Notes: generated by a model not told the origin, from the letters alone. A stretch of DNA of 64,000 bases from Lama guanicoe (GCA_013239625.1 MU054338.1:4688724-4752723), one strand, 5' to 3'. Shown: positions 1 through 13,897, counted from the stretch's first letter. A program made the numbers and translations.

Positions 1-517
1 AAAAAAAAAAAAAAACTCAGCCTGAAAGGAATGGAAATAAGCCAGGCAGAGCCCAGGGCACCTTGGTGGTCACACCAGAAGGATGCTGTGGGACGGGGGG
101 GTGCTGGCCCTGCATCACAGCCTGTCTTTGCCCCAGCCGGGGAGCGTCCCTCACCAGGGGATGGCACTCAGGCCAGGGTGTCCCCCACACATCAGATACA
201 TCATGATGGCCTGGAACTTGGTTCGTGTTTGGAGAGCACAGTGTCAATGGGGGGAAGATTAAATCCAGAGAAGAACATTATCAGCCAGAACAAAAAGGAT
301 CTATGCTCATATGAAAGCCACACTTCAGCCCAACTCCCTCCCTCAAAATTCTTGCTGGTCCCTGGCATTCGGAATCAGCTGATACAATTTTCCCTGATTC
401 AGATCGGATCCAGGCAGAATTCTGAAGTCTCAAAGATGTCGATGATTGAACCACATCCTAACAGCACACTGAGGTAGACTGTGCTGGAAAAAAAAATCAT
501 TAGCCCACATTCACCTG

Positions 518-523
518 TTTATT
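518..523 (-). terminator. Candidate polyadenylation signal AATAAA
   Basis: tttatt on plus = AATAAA on the mRNA, inside an AT-rich block and followed by a U9 run (488-496). Confidence 0.6.
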
Positions 524-1619
524 TTTTCTTTGAAAAAAAATTTACATGCACTCCATTTTTTACGAAAGTGATTTTTACAGTGATTTTTATATATTAAAAT
601 AAATAATTTTTCCCCTAATATAAGAAAACCTTTCTGAATTAGAAAAATGTGAAAATTGCTGCTAGTGTAGTATATGGCCACTACAAATTTACTACAGAAA
701 GAACAAAATACCTAGATCTACGGGTATGTGTTTTTTTAATTTACGTACAGACCCTCTTATATGTACAAAATAAATTTGGTGAAAATAATTTCTGTACTCT
801 AGCTCCTTGTACCCAATCGCTGAGACTCCCCAGAAGTATTTTACATGCTGAGATTTCTCAAATCATATAAATAACAATAGGCAACTGGGATGTGTGTCTA
901 CCTGTGTCCTTAATCAAGAACTGAGAAGGTTCAGAGGTCGCCATTGCGTCTCTATCCTGTTCTTCAGCCCACAGCTCTTAAGAGAAGGAAGCAAGCAAAA
1001 CCTTGTGAGAAAATGCACTCAAGGGATGACCCGTGGGTGACGATTTCGATGAACCAGAGTGAGGAGTTCACCGTGTTCTCTCTTTGAGCAGCTGTCATCC
1101 TCTCCCCTGAGGGAGGAAGCTGTGGACTCACGCCCATTCGGAAGTTCTCGGTAGCGCTGAAGGTCCTTGGTTTCTCATGCAGACTCCACTCTCTTAGGGA
1201 CTGCGACATCGTAAGCACCTGAGGGTTCGGCTCAGGCCCCACACCTGGCCCAGCTGAGGTCACTGGGCACAGAGCAGCTTCTGGGAGGTCAGTTTTGAGG
1301 ACAGTCGGATGCCCTGAGGGCGGAGGGGACCGCAGGCACATCTTGCTTCATATTGCTAGTGTTCTCAGAGGCCATCCGTGCTGTCCCACTTTGGGGTCTG
1401 ATTCTGTTGTGTTTGCACAGTAACTGTAGGACGTGCCCACCCAGTTGAGGAAGCCCAAGAGGTACACACAGGGGACCAGAGGATCCGAGAGCCACACGCG
1501 CGTTCGAAGGCAGGGCTCAGCTTACCCGAGCAGAAACCAAAGCATCCATCAAACCCAGTCGCCCACACCCTCCGCGTGGCCTCACCACGACGTCCAGAAG
1601 GGTTAGCAGCTAACGTGGC

Positions 1620-1625
1620 TTTATT
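1620..1625 (-). terminator. Candidate proximal polyadenylation signal AATAAA
   Basis: tttatt on plus; hexamer only, downstream element unclear. Confidence 0.35.
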
Positions 1626-2753
1626 CCCAGAAAAACAGATGCCTTTAAGACCACACTGAGAGGCCACTGGTGCCTCGTTCCCCCTCCCCACACAGGCAGA
1701 CCAACCCACAAGCCCTACCCCCACCCCGGGAAAGGGGCAATAACTTAGGAGGCTGATGCTGGAGATTTCTTTCAAAAATTAAATATGTTACAAATATATT
1801 CTCAAAACTCTTATCATCTCAGTTTTTTTTTCTTTTTTTTTTTCTTTTTTTTAAATGTCCTGGCTTTGTTTTGGTCTTGTAAAGATCCATTATCACTCCA
1901 AAGGACTCCCTCGGCTCCCGGAAAACGTTTTTCACCAAAGTTAAGGGAGAGAAGACTCCTGAGGCTAGACTTGGGACAAAAGAAGAACCTGTTGAGGGCA
2001 CAGTCTCCCAGTAAAGAAGGAGGAAGGAGGCGGGGGACCAAGGGCTCACGTACTTGAAAAGCAGAACCTTCATGAGCTGATCCCCAAAGCGACAACTCAG
2101 CCCAAATGATTGGCGTGCGCACACACTCCACACACACACGCCAGCTGCGCCTAACCTGGACACACCCGCACACACACGCCCAAGCACACACGTGCGCCAC
2201 ACACCCGGACTGCAGGTCCTTATCAAAAGTACAAAAGCAGCAGCTATTGGTCAATTTGAGGAACTGATTTTTGTGAAGGAAAAAAAAATCCTTCAGCCTG
2301 GATGAGAACAACTTTCTCGAAGCCCACTCGACAAAGCTTGGAATTCTACTTGGACAGGGTTTTCTTTCTTTCTTTCAAACTTTTGTTCCACAAACAAGTG
2401 TTATGTTTTATACTGTAGCTCAGACACCAGCAAAAAAAAAAAAAAAAAAGTAAAAACTGGTGCTTTCTTTCAATCTACCGAAAAAGTAGCATCTTGGCTT
2501 GAAACCGCGGTGGCCCGAAGGGACAGCAGCGGTGGAAACCTTTCCCCTCTATGTTCACAGTTAACGTCTCAGACGAGTCAAGTTGGCAATGGAACCGATG
2601 TGTTTTGAAGTCATCAGATGAACAGAAATGGATCGCCATGATCTCCGAGCTCCGTTTGACACTGTGGCAGAGTCGTGTGCAAGTCCTGAGTTTTCTCCAG
2701 GCCTTCAAACCGGAAGGAGGTGAAGCCGGGAACCCTGCGCCCCGCAGGGGCCG

Positions 2754-3108
2754 TTAGGAAGGGTCGGACCGCGGCAGGGTCAGAATGCGGCCGTTCCTCT
2801 TGCCCCCGTTCATGTGGGTGTAGGGGATGTGCTCCTCGTAGCCCCGCTTCAGCCCCAGCGCCGACCCCGCGTCCCGGCCCCCGGCCTCCTCCCGCTGCGA
2901 GTGTGCCGACCGGTCCAGCGGGACGCTCTCCATGTCCTCAAACTCCATGTCCAGCTCCTCGCTCTCCGGCGCCTTGTTCTCCTCGCTGTGGAAGAAGGAA
3001 ACTTCGGGAAAGCTGGGGTGCAGGTCGTCCTTGAGCAGGTCGACGATCTCCAGGAAGGTCGGCCGCATCTTGGGGTTGAACTGCCAGCACATGCGCATCA
3101 GGTTGGTG
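2754..3108 (-). CDS. INSR: INSR exon 22 coding part (355 nt incl. TAA), C-terminal tail
   Basis: [22 protein letters not shown]...[28 protein letters not shown]; acceptor gtcccacAG. Confidence 0.98.
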
Positions 3109-3742
3109 CTGTGGGACGGAGGGGCACGCGGAGGGTGAGCCCCGGGTCCCCCCACTGCCAAGAGGCCCCGCCGCGCGGTCCACACCCACCGCGACGGCCG
3201 ACGGCAGCAGGCAGAAGCCGCACTTCTACGGCGGCTGAAAGGTGATTTGGCAAGAGAGCCACGGGCCCCGCCTCATCCCAAAACCAGATCCAGAAAGGCC
3301 CGTCCTGGTGCTGCCCCTCGGTGAGGACTGCAGCTCATCACTGGACGTGTCCCTGCCCACGATGGGTGCGTGCAGCTGCGTTGACTGACCCTAGGGGTCC
3401 GCCCTGCACGCCCAGCCCTCACTCTCCGCAGGGGACCTTGACTTCGCTCAGGACAGGCACCGTCCTGCTCCCCGGCTCCCTTCTCCCAAGGCAACCACCG
3501 CTGCGGGGTTTCCTGTACAAGCTCCCAAAGACACGATGTGCAGTAAAGCATCGCATGCAAAGATGCAATACACACACACAAATATGTACAGTGACACGAT
3601 GTGCAAACACAAGTGTGCGTGCAGAGATACAACGGGCTAACACAAGCACACGTAGACACAGGACACGCAAACCCAAGTAGCCACGCAAAGGGCAAAGGCT
3701 TCTGAACGAGCGGCCCACACACTGCACCCTTTTCCGCACTTA

Positions 3743-3916
<174 letters not shown>

Positions 3917-4171
3917 TTAAAACACACACACACACCTTCTTGGTGTACGAGAACCTGGCTGGCCAGTTCTTTAAACAATCCATGCTGCGGTTCAGAAATG
4001 CCTGTGAGATTAGTTCCACAGAAATGTCACAGAGGCTGCAGAAGGGTCCCCAGCCCTGACATCGCCTTCCGCGAGGAGGGCAGTTTTTGCCTGACCGTCT
4101 TGCTGGTCATTCTAGTAGAGCAACCTGGAATTGAAGCCCAGCGTTGTGGCTGTCAGCCCACCCGCGACTCA

Positions 4172-4327
<156 letters not shown>

Positions 4328-5197
4328 TTAACCTTCAGCCTGTGGCCCCGCTGTCTGCCATCTTTACCGCTCCACCCCGGCGTGTGCTCACCTGGGTCAC
4401 GGTCAAATCCACTGAGAATGGATTCTGAGGGCACTCATGAGGATGTTGAGGGGGAGAGAATGGTCCGCCATTAAAGGGAAGGAAAAGGAGCCACCAAGTG
4501 GCAAAGAAATGACGTTCTGGCCTGCAGCTTGGCAATCCCGTGCTCAGCAACGCTTCCTTCCCACCCATGACCTCACAGGCATCTCAGACAGAACTTCTCA
4601 CTCTCTGCAGCCAACCTACTGTTCTCCATTGGATACAGCCCCACCAGCCACCCAGCTGCCCAGCCAGAAACCCAGGCTTGGGTCCTCCTTTGCCCACCTC
4701 CTTTTCTCACATCCCCCAGCGGAGACAGTGGTGAGTTCTGCCCGCTCTCCCTCCACATCCCTCTCTAACCTAGTCTGCTCCTCTCCATTGCCCTGGACGC
4801 ACGCAGGCCCACCACCATTTCTCACCTGCAGGACCCTCCCTCCGCCCTGACCCTGACAGCCCACTGCCCAAGAGAAGCTACATGAGCCACGTGCCGCTTG
4901 CTGCTTCGCACTGGTGATGTGGGATGTAGGGTGACGTCTGCACAACTCACCGGGACTCGCAAGGTCCTCCCGGGTCTGGCTCCCGCCTCTCCCCTTAACC
5001 TCACGTCTCATGCTGCTCTCTGCTCCCCTCTACGTTCATTTTATTCACACCACATCAGCCATCCTTGCAACCTCAGGGCCTTTGCATGTGTTGTAACTCC
5101 CCCAGGTCAACATCCAGTCCTGCAAGTCTTGCCTAAAATGTTGCCTCCTTACAGAGAGAGGCCTTTCCTCTAAGCGTTAACTATTTTACCATTCGTC

Positions 5198-5403
5198 TAG
5201 AACAGCTCTGGCCAGGAGAACTTTCCGCAATGATGAGCATGGCCTATATCCGCACTGTCCAATATGGCTCCAGGTGGCTACTGAACACCGGGAAGGGTGG
5301 CCAGTGCAACTGATGGACTGAATATTTTATTTTACTGAATTTAAATTTATGTAACTGTAAATGGCCACGTGTGGCCAGTGGCTACTGAGCTGGACAGCGC
5401 AGG
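5198..5403. mobile_element. MER3-like hAT-Charlie DNA transposon fossil
   Basis: gcactgtccaatatggc...gtggctactga...ctggacagcgcag pattern with internal inverted symmetry; family recalled from memory. Confidence 0.6.
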
Positions 5404-5661
5404 TAAAGGCTGCAGCGGGCACGGGGGCAGTGACGTCACGGCAGCGTATTCAGCCTTGCACCTGGCGCGTCTACCACGGCGGCCGCCCAAACGCTACTTA
5501 ACGAAGTGAACAAGTGAATCAATGAGCAAGTGCAATTAAATTACAGTGTCAGGATGGGGCCCCCGTCCAAAACCCTGCCCCTCTGCGCTATTAGAAAAGA
5601 TTCAAGTGCTCATCACAGACAATTCCTTCTTGAAATCAGAAGTCCTGGGATCTACATTTCA

Positions 5662-5841
<180 letters not shown>

Positions 5842-5929
5842 CTAAAGTCAAAACACGGAGTCGTGTTCAGCAACACTGGTGCCCGCAGCCAGGAGCGGGT
5901 GCCCTGCCCGGTACCTCGCGGCAGCTCAC

Positions 5930-6040
5930 CTCGGCCTCCGGCCGCAGGGAACGGAGGTAGCTCTTTAAGTCTCCATGAGCCATCAACTCCATGACCACCA
6001 GTGTCGGTTGGCCTTTGGACACCACCCCCAGGAGGCGGAC
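5930..6040 (-). CDS. INSR: INSR exon 18 (111 nt)
   Basis: [37 protein letters not shown]; acceptor gctttgcAG, donor GTGAGC. Confidence 0.98.
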
Positions 6041-6922
6041 CTGCAAAGCAAGCATGGGTGGGAAGGGGGCTTCTTGAATGAGGGTCTGTGGGAAGATTCC
6101 AGCGCAGCCAGGTCTCCTTGTCTGGTACCTCCATCACACACAGCATCCTGCTGCTGAGTGGACTGTGGGAAGCCCTGGTCTGTCTGGCTGAAATGCCAGG
6201 GTCAACATCTTGCTGGGTGGGGGCTTGGGGGGAGGAAGATTTCAGGACTCACAGTCTGGTAGGTGAGGGGAGCAGACAGACCTGCCCACCCACAGCAACA
6301 CAGCGGGGCAAAGCCCTGGATATCTCCTCGATGCCTCTGAGCACTCAAGGCGCATTCTCACCTCTGGGCCTTTGCACCAGCTGCTCCCTCTGCTTGACCC
6401 TCTGTTCCCTATTTGCAGCTCAGTCCCTACATCTTTAAGTCTCTGCTCAGACATGCCTTCGCTGCTGTTGCATTCCCAGTTCCCCAGCTCTGCCCTCCTT
6501 TCCCATTTTGCCATAGCATCACCTCCTAACGTATGACATAATTAACCTATTGTGTTTAGATTCTGTCTCCACCTGCTGGATTGGGAACTCCGAGAGGGCA
6601 GATGTGTGCTGCATCCCAGAGAGGGGAACAGGGCTCAGTATAGAACAGGTGCTTCGTTAATATGTGTGGGGCAAGGAGACATTAAGGGACCACTGTGGGA
6701 GCAGAAAGATGAAATCTGTGCTGACTTGGCGGGTGGGGGAGGGAGATAGGGGTGGGTGGACCACACTGTGTTTAAAGGTTACAGAGGAGCCAGGAAGATA
6801 GAAGAGATGGAGGATCCTGGAGAGTGATGGGACAGGAAAGGGTCTGGCTCTGGGTGAGACGGGAGAGGATGGGACTGGAGAAACGAGAAGGGAGGGACCC
6901 TCTCCCCAGCTTAGGATGCTCA

Positions 6923-7315
<393 letters not shown>

Positions 7316-7399
7316 TCATTATCTACACAGTGGCCTCAGTGGCTCCCGCGGGGACCCCGGCCACCTCCCGCCCAAGCCCTGCCTCACAAACGTTCATCA

Positions 7400-8260
7400 C
7401 TAAGTGACGTGTGATGCAGTATCTGTGCTGGGCAGTGGGCACACAGCCAAGAATAGGACAGGTGGAGGCTCGGGAAGGAGCCACAACTGGTCCAGGGTCC
7501 TGGCCAGGAAGTGTCGGGATGGGCCTGCATCCCAATCCTTCCTGTCTGAGTGCAGAGCCCCGCCACCAAGTGACACTACTCTCCACCCGAGCCTGTTTTC
7601 TGCAAAGTGCCAAGGGGACAGGGGAGCACCCAACCTGCCAACCCACAGACATGTGAGTGAGCCCATCCAGGACCACCCAGTGCCAGTGGATCTGCAGACC
7701 AGCCGCAGCCAACTGGGTGAGACCGGGAGAACCAGCACTGCCCAGGGCAAAGCCACCAAATTGTGAGCTAAGAGATGGTGGTGGTTTTAAGCCACTAAGT
7801 TTGGGGTGGTTTGTTACACAGCATATGATTCTCAGACAAATGCACAAAGTCCTCATGAGAAAAGCCAAGATGCGCCTGCCTTCCTCTGCACCAATTGTGG
7901 GCTGAGCTGTGTCCCCTGCAGATTCACATGTTGAAGTCCTAACCCTGGCATCTCAGAATGTGGCTGCATTTGGAGACAGGGTCTTTATAGAGGGGATCGA
8001 GGTAAAATGAGGTCATTTGAGGAGGCCCTAATCCAATCTGACCAGGGTCCTTGAAGAGGCGATTAGGACAGACCCACACACACAGGGAAGACCACGTGGG
8101 GACACACGGAGAAGGCAGCTGTCTCCAAGCCAAGGAGAGCGGCCCTGCCGACACCTTGCTCTCAGACTTCCAGCCTCCAGGACCGCAAGGAAATCAAATT
8201 AAGTTTCTAAGCCTCCCAGTCTGTGAGGCTTTGCTACAGCGGCCCGAGCAAACACAATAC
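7400..8260 (+). mobile_element. Two adjacent MaLR (MLT1-type) LTR fragments (approx. 7400-7840 and 7896-8260)
   Basis: ttttaagccactaagtttggggtggtttgttacacagca end motif; tgtgggctgagctgtgtcccc...gacaccttgctctcagacttccagcctccag. Confidence 0.65.
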
Positions 8261-9920
8261 AGTGACCAGTGCCTCCTGCAAGGACACTGGGTCAGACAGG
8301 AGCTCTGCACCCAAATGAACTCATAGATGGTCGCTGGGGTGGGGGTGGGGGCACTCTGCCCCATGGGACCCTGAGCTTGGACCATTCCGTGTGTTTCCTC
8401 TGCCCAGATCTTCCTGGCCTAAAAGACTCATGAGCCCCAGTTTCTGGCTTTCAGCGAGCACCTTTCTGCCCTCAGCCGTCGCTGCATCCCCAGAAGGAGG
8501 CGGGCCAGTGGGGGGCAGAGGCAGCCGCGAGCAGACAGCCTGGCCTAGCCTGACTGTGAGGCCAGCGGCAGCCTTGAGGGCCAGCTCCCCCGTTTCTGAT
8601 GTCATTAACACCATTCCCAAGCAGGCGAGGGGGCCCTGGATCCACATTCATGCCCTCCTGCTCCTGGGCTCTGTGCACATTCCCCCCGGGGTAGCCGCCT
8701 CGTCCAGTGTCTCTGCTCTGACGCTTTCAGGGCCCGCTGACTCTGGAAGCACTGCCTGTCCCGGGGCAGCCAGTTCCCACAGGTAGTAAATGGCTCACCT
8801 GGGAGTCCACCTTTCATACCTGCACCAGCCAGTTCAGAGCCCACACCCCAACCCCTCCCTGATCTGGGCCGCTGTGCCCCTGCCCTGATCACCCCAGGGC
8901 CAAGGAGCGGACATCCAGGGACAGCCCTTGTGCCCGGGACTCTGTCAAAATGGTTCAAACTAGTCCCTCCCCCGTCTCGCCCTGCCCTGCCTCGCCCTTC
9001 CCGTGGGAGCCACAGCAAAGGCTCTCGCCCACGGGCTCCCTCGCGCTCTTGCCTCCTGCCGGGCCCTGGTGCTTCCCCGGTGGCCCTGATCTCGTTCCTA
9101 GGAATCCGTGAGTATAAACTTCTTCCTCATGGCAGGCACCTCGGTGACCACAAGTCTTACCAGACTTGTGTGAAACAAACCCCAGGCGCCCTCAAACGCA
9201 CTGCCCCGCATCCCGAGGCAGCCTCTCGCTGGGCAGCGCTGTTCGTGCTTTGAAAATCACTTTTTGAGTTTTTGCTGCATGAAGCATTTTAGAAGCTTGT
9301 AAAGCAACAGCTGCCTTCACGTCTGAAGGAACAGCCAGGCCTTATCCACAGGGGTCACTCACTGGCCTTTGGTTCAGTCAAGGGGAATATGGCCATCCGT
9401 CCTGCACTCCTACCACCAACATGAGCATCCCATCCATGTTCCACAGATGCGTCCCTGGTACCCACCCAGCCTCCCGTCTGCCCCCTCTCGTTCCTGCTCC
9501 TTTTCTCCCCCACCCCCCTCCCCAACCCCCTCCCCCCCATCTAGGCTTCCGACTCTCACCTCCCTGATGGGACGGCCAATTTGGTCACTGCTCTCTGGCT
9601 CTGACCCTTGGCACTCTCTGGCACAAGCCCCAGACTGCACAGCCCCACGGCTGGGGGACGAGGTTCTTGGCCTCCCAGCCCAGCCCACAGATCCCAAACC
9701 AGCTAGATCAGCCCATCTAAACAGGCGCCAGACAGACAGCAGGTGTCTGTCTGCTCCCAGTAACAGGGTTTCTGAAGCAAGGGCAGGTCTGCAAGCTCAA
9801 GTGAACAAGAGGTCTCTTCTCAGCGTCCCGGGTGTCAACCCCTGAGTGTCACTCGACATGGTGGCAAAGGGAACTGCACAGCAGGGTTCTGGTCACCCAT
9901 GAGGAGGGGCCAACACTCAC

Positions 9921-9988
9921 CATCGCTGGCACTGAGGTACTCGGGGTTTGAAGAAGCATACAGTGGTCCCAGTGGCCCATCCGGCTGC
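9921..9988 (-). CDS. INSR: INSR exon 16 (68 nt), juxtamembrane GPLY/NPEY motifs
   Basis: [22 protein letters not shown]; acceptor ttctcatccAG, donor GTGAGT. Confidence 0.98.
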
Positions 9989-10247
9989 CTGGATGAGAAA
10001 AACAGAGGCACCCTCACAGGACTCTGTGGGTCACTAGTGGGAGGTTACCAGCCTCCCCGGGGCACATGGCCACCCTTGTCAGCAGCATCCACGTAACCCT
10101 GGATACACTCTGGAGTGAGGATGCGGGACCCTTTTTTTTTTTTTAGTGGAACCCATCAGATGCCTACTTAAGTGTGCCACCACGGAAGTGCTCACCCTTA
10201 AACTGTAACTTACGGTGGTTCCACGTGACACCTAAAAACCGCTCACC

Positions 10248-11136
10248 CACCGCTGTTCTGAAGCCATCTCTTTCCAGCTTATGAGAAACAATTTTCAATT
10301 TTCAGGAGATTTGCAAGCCAGTTGTTAAATGCAGCCGTTATTAACACTGAATCGCATGGGCTGGTAATTAAGTAAATTGCATACGAAGCAAAGGTGATGG
10401 TTATTCAAGAGCCACCACTTCCTGATAATCATAATACACTTTACTAGGACCCATGCTCTTGAGCCCGCCTAGTTACCACACGTGTTTACATTATTGCATC
10501 GGCGTGGCAGAAACACTGTGTGACAGTGAGCGGCTGCTCATCTCCTCCCGACTCTGCGCTCAGTGACATCACGTCTGTAGCTGGAAACTGGCCCCGGTGG
10601 GAACAGCCACACCACAGAAGTAGGCAAACGCTACAAACCGAGACTGATTTATCGTTCTGTTGTATGACCAGGCTTGAGAAAGTGACGGCAAAAATGTGAA
10701 TAATGCAGACGAAGCTTAAAAATATGTCGTCTCCGGAGCCATGACATCGCAAAAGGCACAAAAAGGTTGAGAAAATGTGCTCTCAGAAAATAATCTCAGA
10801 ATTATTCTCTGATTCTGCAGAGTCACTCCTATTACCGATAAGCATGTATGTACATCTTCGTTTTTGTCTCGCTCTTTAATGCGAAGTATCAGTCGACACT
10901 TATCCTGGAACTACACTCATTCGTGAACTGCAACCATACGTTGGCTACAAAGGTTTGGGCGGAAAACAATTGGCAAAAACATTTGGTGAGACTCAGCTGG
11001 CCAGAGAGAGTTTATGATAAAGAGTAGTGTATGTTGCATTATGATCATTATCTGTAAATTACATGCTATGCATCCTTTGTACCAGTAAAATGTATAGTAA
11101 GTTTAGATGCAGCGCGAGCTGGTTGTTAACCCTTTA
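10248..11136. mobile_element. MER63-like (hAT-Blackjack) DNA transposon abutting the exon 15 donor
   Basis: Degenerate terminal repeat caccgctgttctgaagcc at 10248; ggttgttaac..tttac at the other end; similar to the copy at 43063-43520. Confidence 0.6.
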
Positions 11137-11142
11137 CACTCA

Positions 11143-11301
<159 letters not shown>

Positions 11302-13164
11302 TCACATCAGAACTCACATCTGCGTGTTTTAACGGTGGGCCACCCGACCTCCCTGTCCCTGAGCCTCTCCTGCTGGTGTCCACGGGGCTGGGCAGCAGGC
11401 TCAGAGGCCCCTATTCTGGAAGCAAGTCCCTGACCCCAGACCCCTGCCCACTACCAGCTTTCTCCCTTTGCCACCGACGGTCAGTTTCCATCAGCCACAT
11501 CCCCAGGTTTCACGCTTGGCTGTCACAACCTTGAAAGTCTTAACAATTTTTAAGCCAGGGGCCCTGCATTTCACACTGGACCCTGTGAATTAAATAGCAT
11601 ATTTTAATCCCAGCAGCACCCATGGTAGATGAAAAATTCACCAGGAAGTGCCCTGGGTATGCTAGGGGCTCCTCCCACCAAAAACTAAACCAGTTGAGGA
11701 AATGTTACGCAGCCTTAATTTTTTTTTTTAATTCACATACAAGGCCAAGTTGTCTGAAATTATAAACATGTATTCAGACGCTTCCAAGCCCAGGAGGAAA
11801 ACGAGTTCTGAAAAGTCAGAGGAGAAACCGGGTCCTTCGGGTCTTCCACAAGAGCAGCTTGCTGAATGCCTGCCACCACACCCAGCGGCGTTTAGACGCT
11901 TTGACAGGTGATCTTAATTAATCATCCCATACGCCAGCGTGTGAGATGCTACGACCAACACCAGTTAACAGAGGCTCAGAGAGGTGACGGGTCTTGCCCA
12001 AAGTCCCAGAGCTGATCCACAGGGGAGCAGGGATTTGAACCCGGGCAATCTGAGTGAGTTCTTGACCACTGCCCTGAGCTGTCTTTGGTGGCCAGCTCTA
12101 TCCTGAGATATCTCGTCCTCCCGGACCTCCCTGTATTGACAGCCAACTGCCTCCTCCCATCTCCGGTGGCTCCTGGCATTCAGAAAGCCTCCGTAAATAT
12201 TTGATGATTGAATGTGACTTGAGAAATGGAAACCATCTGGTCATGTGCAGTTGTCGACGGGGTGTCCCTCCTCCCCGCCCCTTAGGAGGGGGGGAAAGCT
12301 GGAAGCTACCAAGTGCTCAGGACCCAGCACATCTCAGGGCAGAATATGAGAGCCATGCCGTCCCCTTCTCCCCATCTCTGCCTCCCCAAACCCCGCTGTC
12401 CCGCTTACTCCCCAGGTTCCAGGGGCTGCCAGAACTAGACTGAGGGAAGGGAGGCACCCAGGGTGCAGAATTTGAGAGGAACCCTTGCTCTGGGCCATGA
12501 CGGTGAGCGCCTCTCTAAATTCTGCACCCCGGGTGTCTTGCTGGCTTCCCTGTTATTTAACAGAGTTTTTCTTTTAAGTAATCTAATGAGTTGAACATTT
12601 AATTCTCCATATGTTTTGCTCTTGTTAGTAAGCTGTGCTGGATTTCCTTGAACATTTATCTTTCTTGGACATCTACGATCATTTCCTTAGGATAAATTTC
12701 TAGAACCCAGCACCACTGGCTGAAACAGTAAGAGCCTTCGTAAGATTTTTTTGATATGTATTATTAAAGTACTACATTTTAGCAGTCACCTACCATGACA
12801 AAGAAGGGCCATGCGCTGGCACTCTCGGACGACACTACGTAGGTCATTAAAAGACAGAAATAAACAGAAATCTTGCCAATTTGGTAAGTTAGAAATTACA
12901 CCTTGTTTTAATTTGCTTTTTTATCTCTTGTTATGGTTTTGAGTGAGGCCGGACATTTTTCGCTTGTGTTTCTTATTTTTCAAATCATCTTAAATCGGTT
13001 ATTTATATTCTTTGCTTATTTTTATGTTAGGACATATCTTTCTTACTCATACGAGATACATATATATACATATATATAGTTATTTTATATTAAGGATGTT
13101 AACTCTTTGTCAGTGATATTACAAATATTTTTCCCACCTTGACATTTGCCTTTGAATTTTATTC

Positions 13165-13897
13165 ATGGTGTCCCTGGTTCTTAAGACAGGGACTCCAAAT
13201 CCTTGAAATACCCTGAGTATTAGCAGTGTCTCTGTTACCGATGAGCCCCCGGGAACACACCTGAATCTGTGCCGAGAGAGGAGAGGGCCCGGGATGGGGG
13301 CTGACCACCGGGATGGGGGCTGACCGCCGGAAGACCAAGCACGCCGTTAGAGGCGTGGGGCTTTCAGCCTGACCTTCACACGGAGGAGGCGGCTGGAGGT
13401 GGAATCCAGTCACGTGGCCAACGATCCGATCAGTCACACCCGTATAATGAAACCCCAATAAAAACTCTGTTCACCAAAGTTCAGAGGAGCTTCCGGGCTG
13501 ACGAACATCACCGCGCCAGGAGGGTGACGTGATGTGTCCTGATTCCGTGGGACGAGGACAAGGGAGCTGGGTCCCAGACCCTCTTGGCTCCCACCCTACA
13601 GGGCTCTTCAGCTGGGAGGTCCTGACTTACATCCCTTATAATAAAACTGTCACTGGAAACCGCGTTTTCCTCGGTCTTGTGAGCCATTCTAGCACACGAC
13701 CAAATCTGAGGGGGTCGTGATAGCCCCCGAGTTTGTAGCCAGTCGGAAGCGCTGGCGGCCTGGAGGCCCCAGACTTGGACCTGGCGTCTGACGGGAGGGC
13801 GGTCTTGTTGGGAACTGGGCTCCTTAACTTGCAGAGTCTGCGCCACCTCCGGCAGACAGCACCCGACTCACAGCACAGTGTGTCCGGCCGGTGTCAC
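13165..13897 (+). mobile_element. ERV solo LTR, MER21-like
   Basis: gggatgggggctgaccacc..gaagaccaag, aatgaaaccccaataaaaactct, ends ggtgtca; homologous to 38170-39180. Confidence 0.65.

Larger units (their letters stand above)
1..2753 (-). other. INSR: INSR 3' UTR (probably continues past the left edge in long isoforms)
   Basis: Directly downstream of the stop codon. Contains U-rich tracts, a GU-repeat tract (2119-2205), AATAAA at 1620-1625 and 518-523 (minus strand) and miRNA seed matches. Confidence 0.85.

Noticed and set aside
2720..3245. Plus-strand ORFs over exon 22 (and similar ones over exons 3, 9, 14, 17, 19, 20)
   Set aside because: Antisense shadows of GC3-rich INSR codons.
3540..3680. 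CA-rich stretch in intron 21 giving Cys/Val-rich ORFs
   Set aside because: Degenerate (CA)n microsatellite; not coding and not an array system.
13291..13330. 19-bp tandem duplication (also a duplicated tttagcaataaagta at ~29985-30022)
   Set aside because: Local slippage duplications inside repeat fossils; no regular repeat-spacer (CRISPR-like) structure anywhere in the window.
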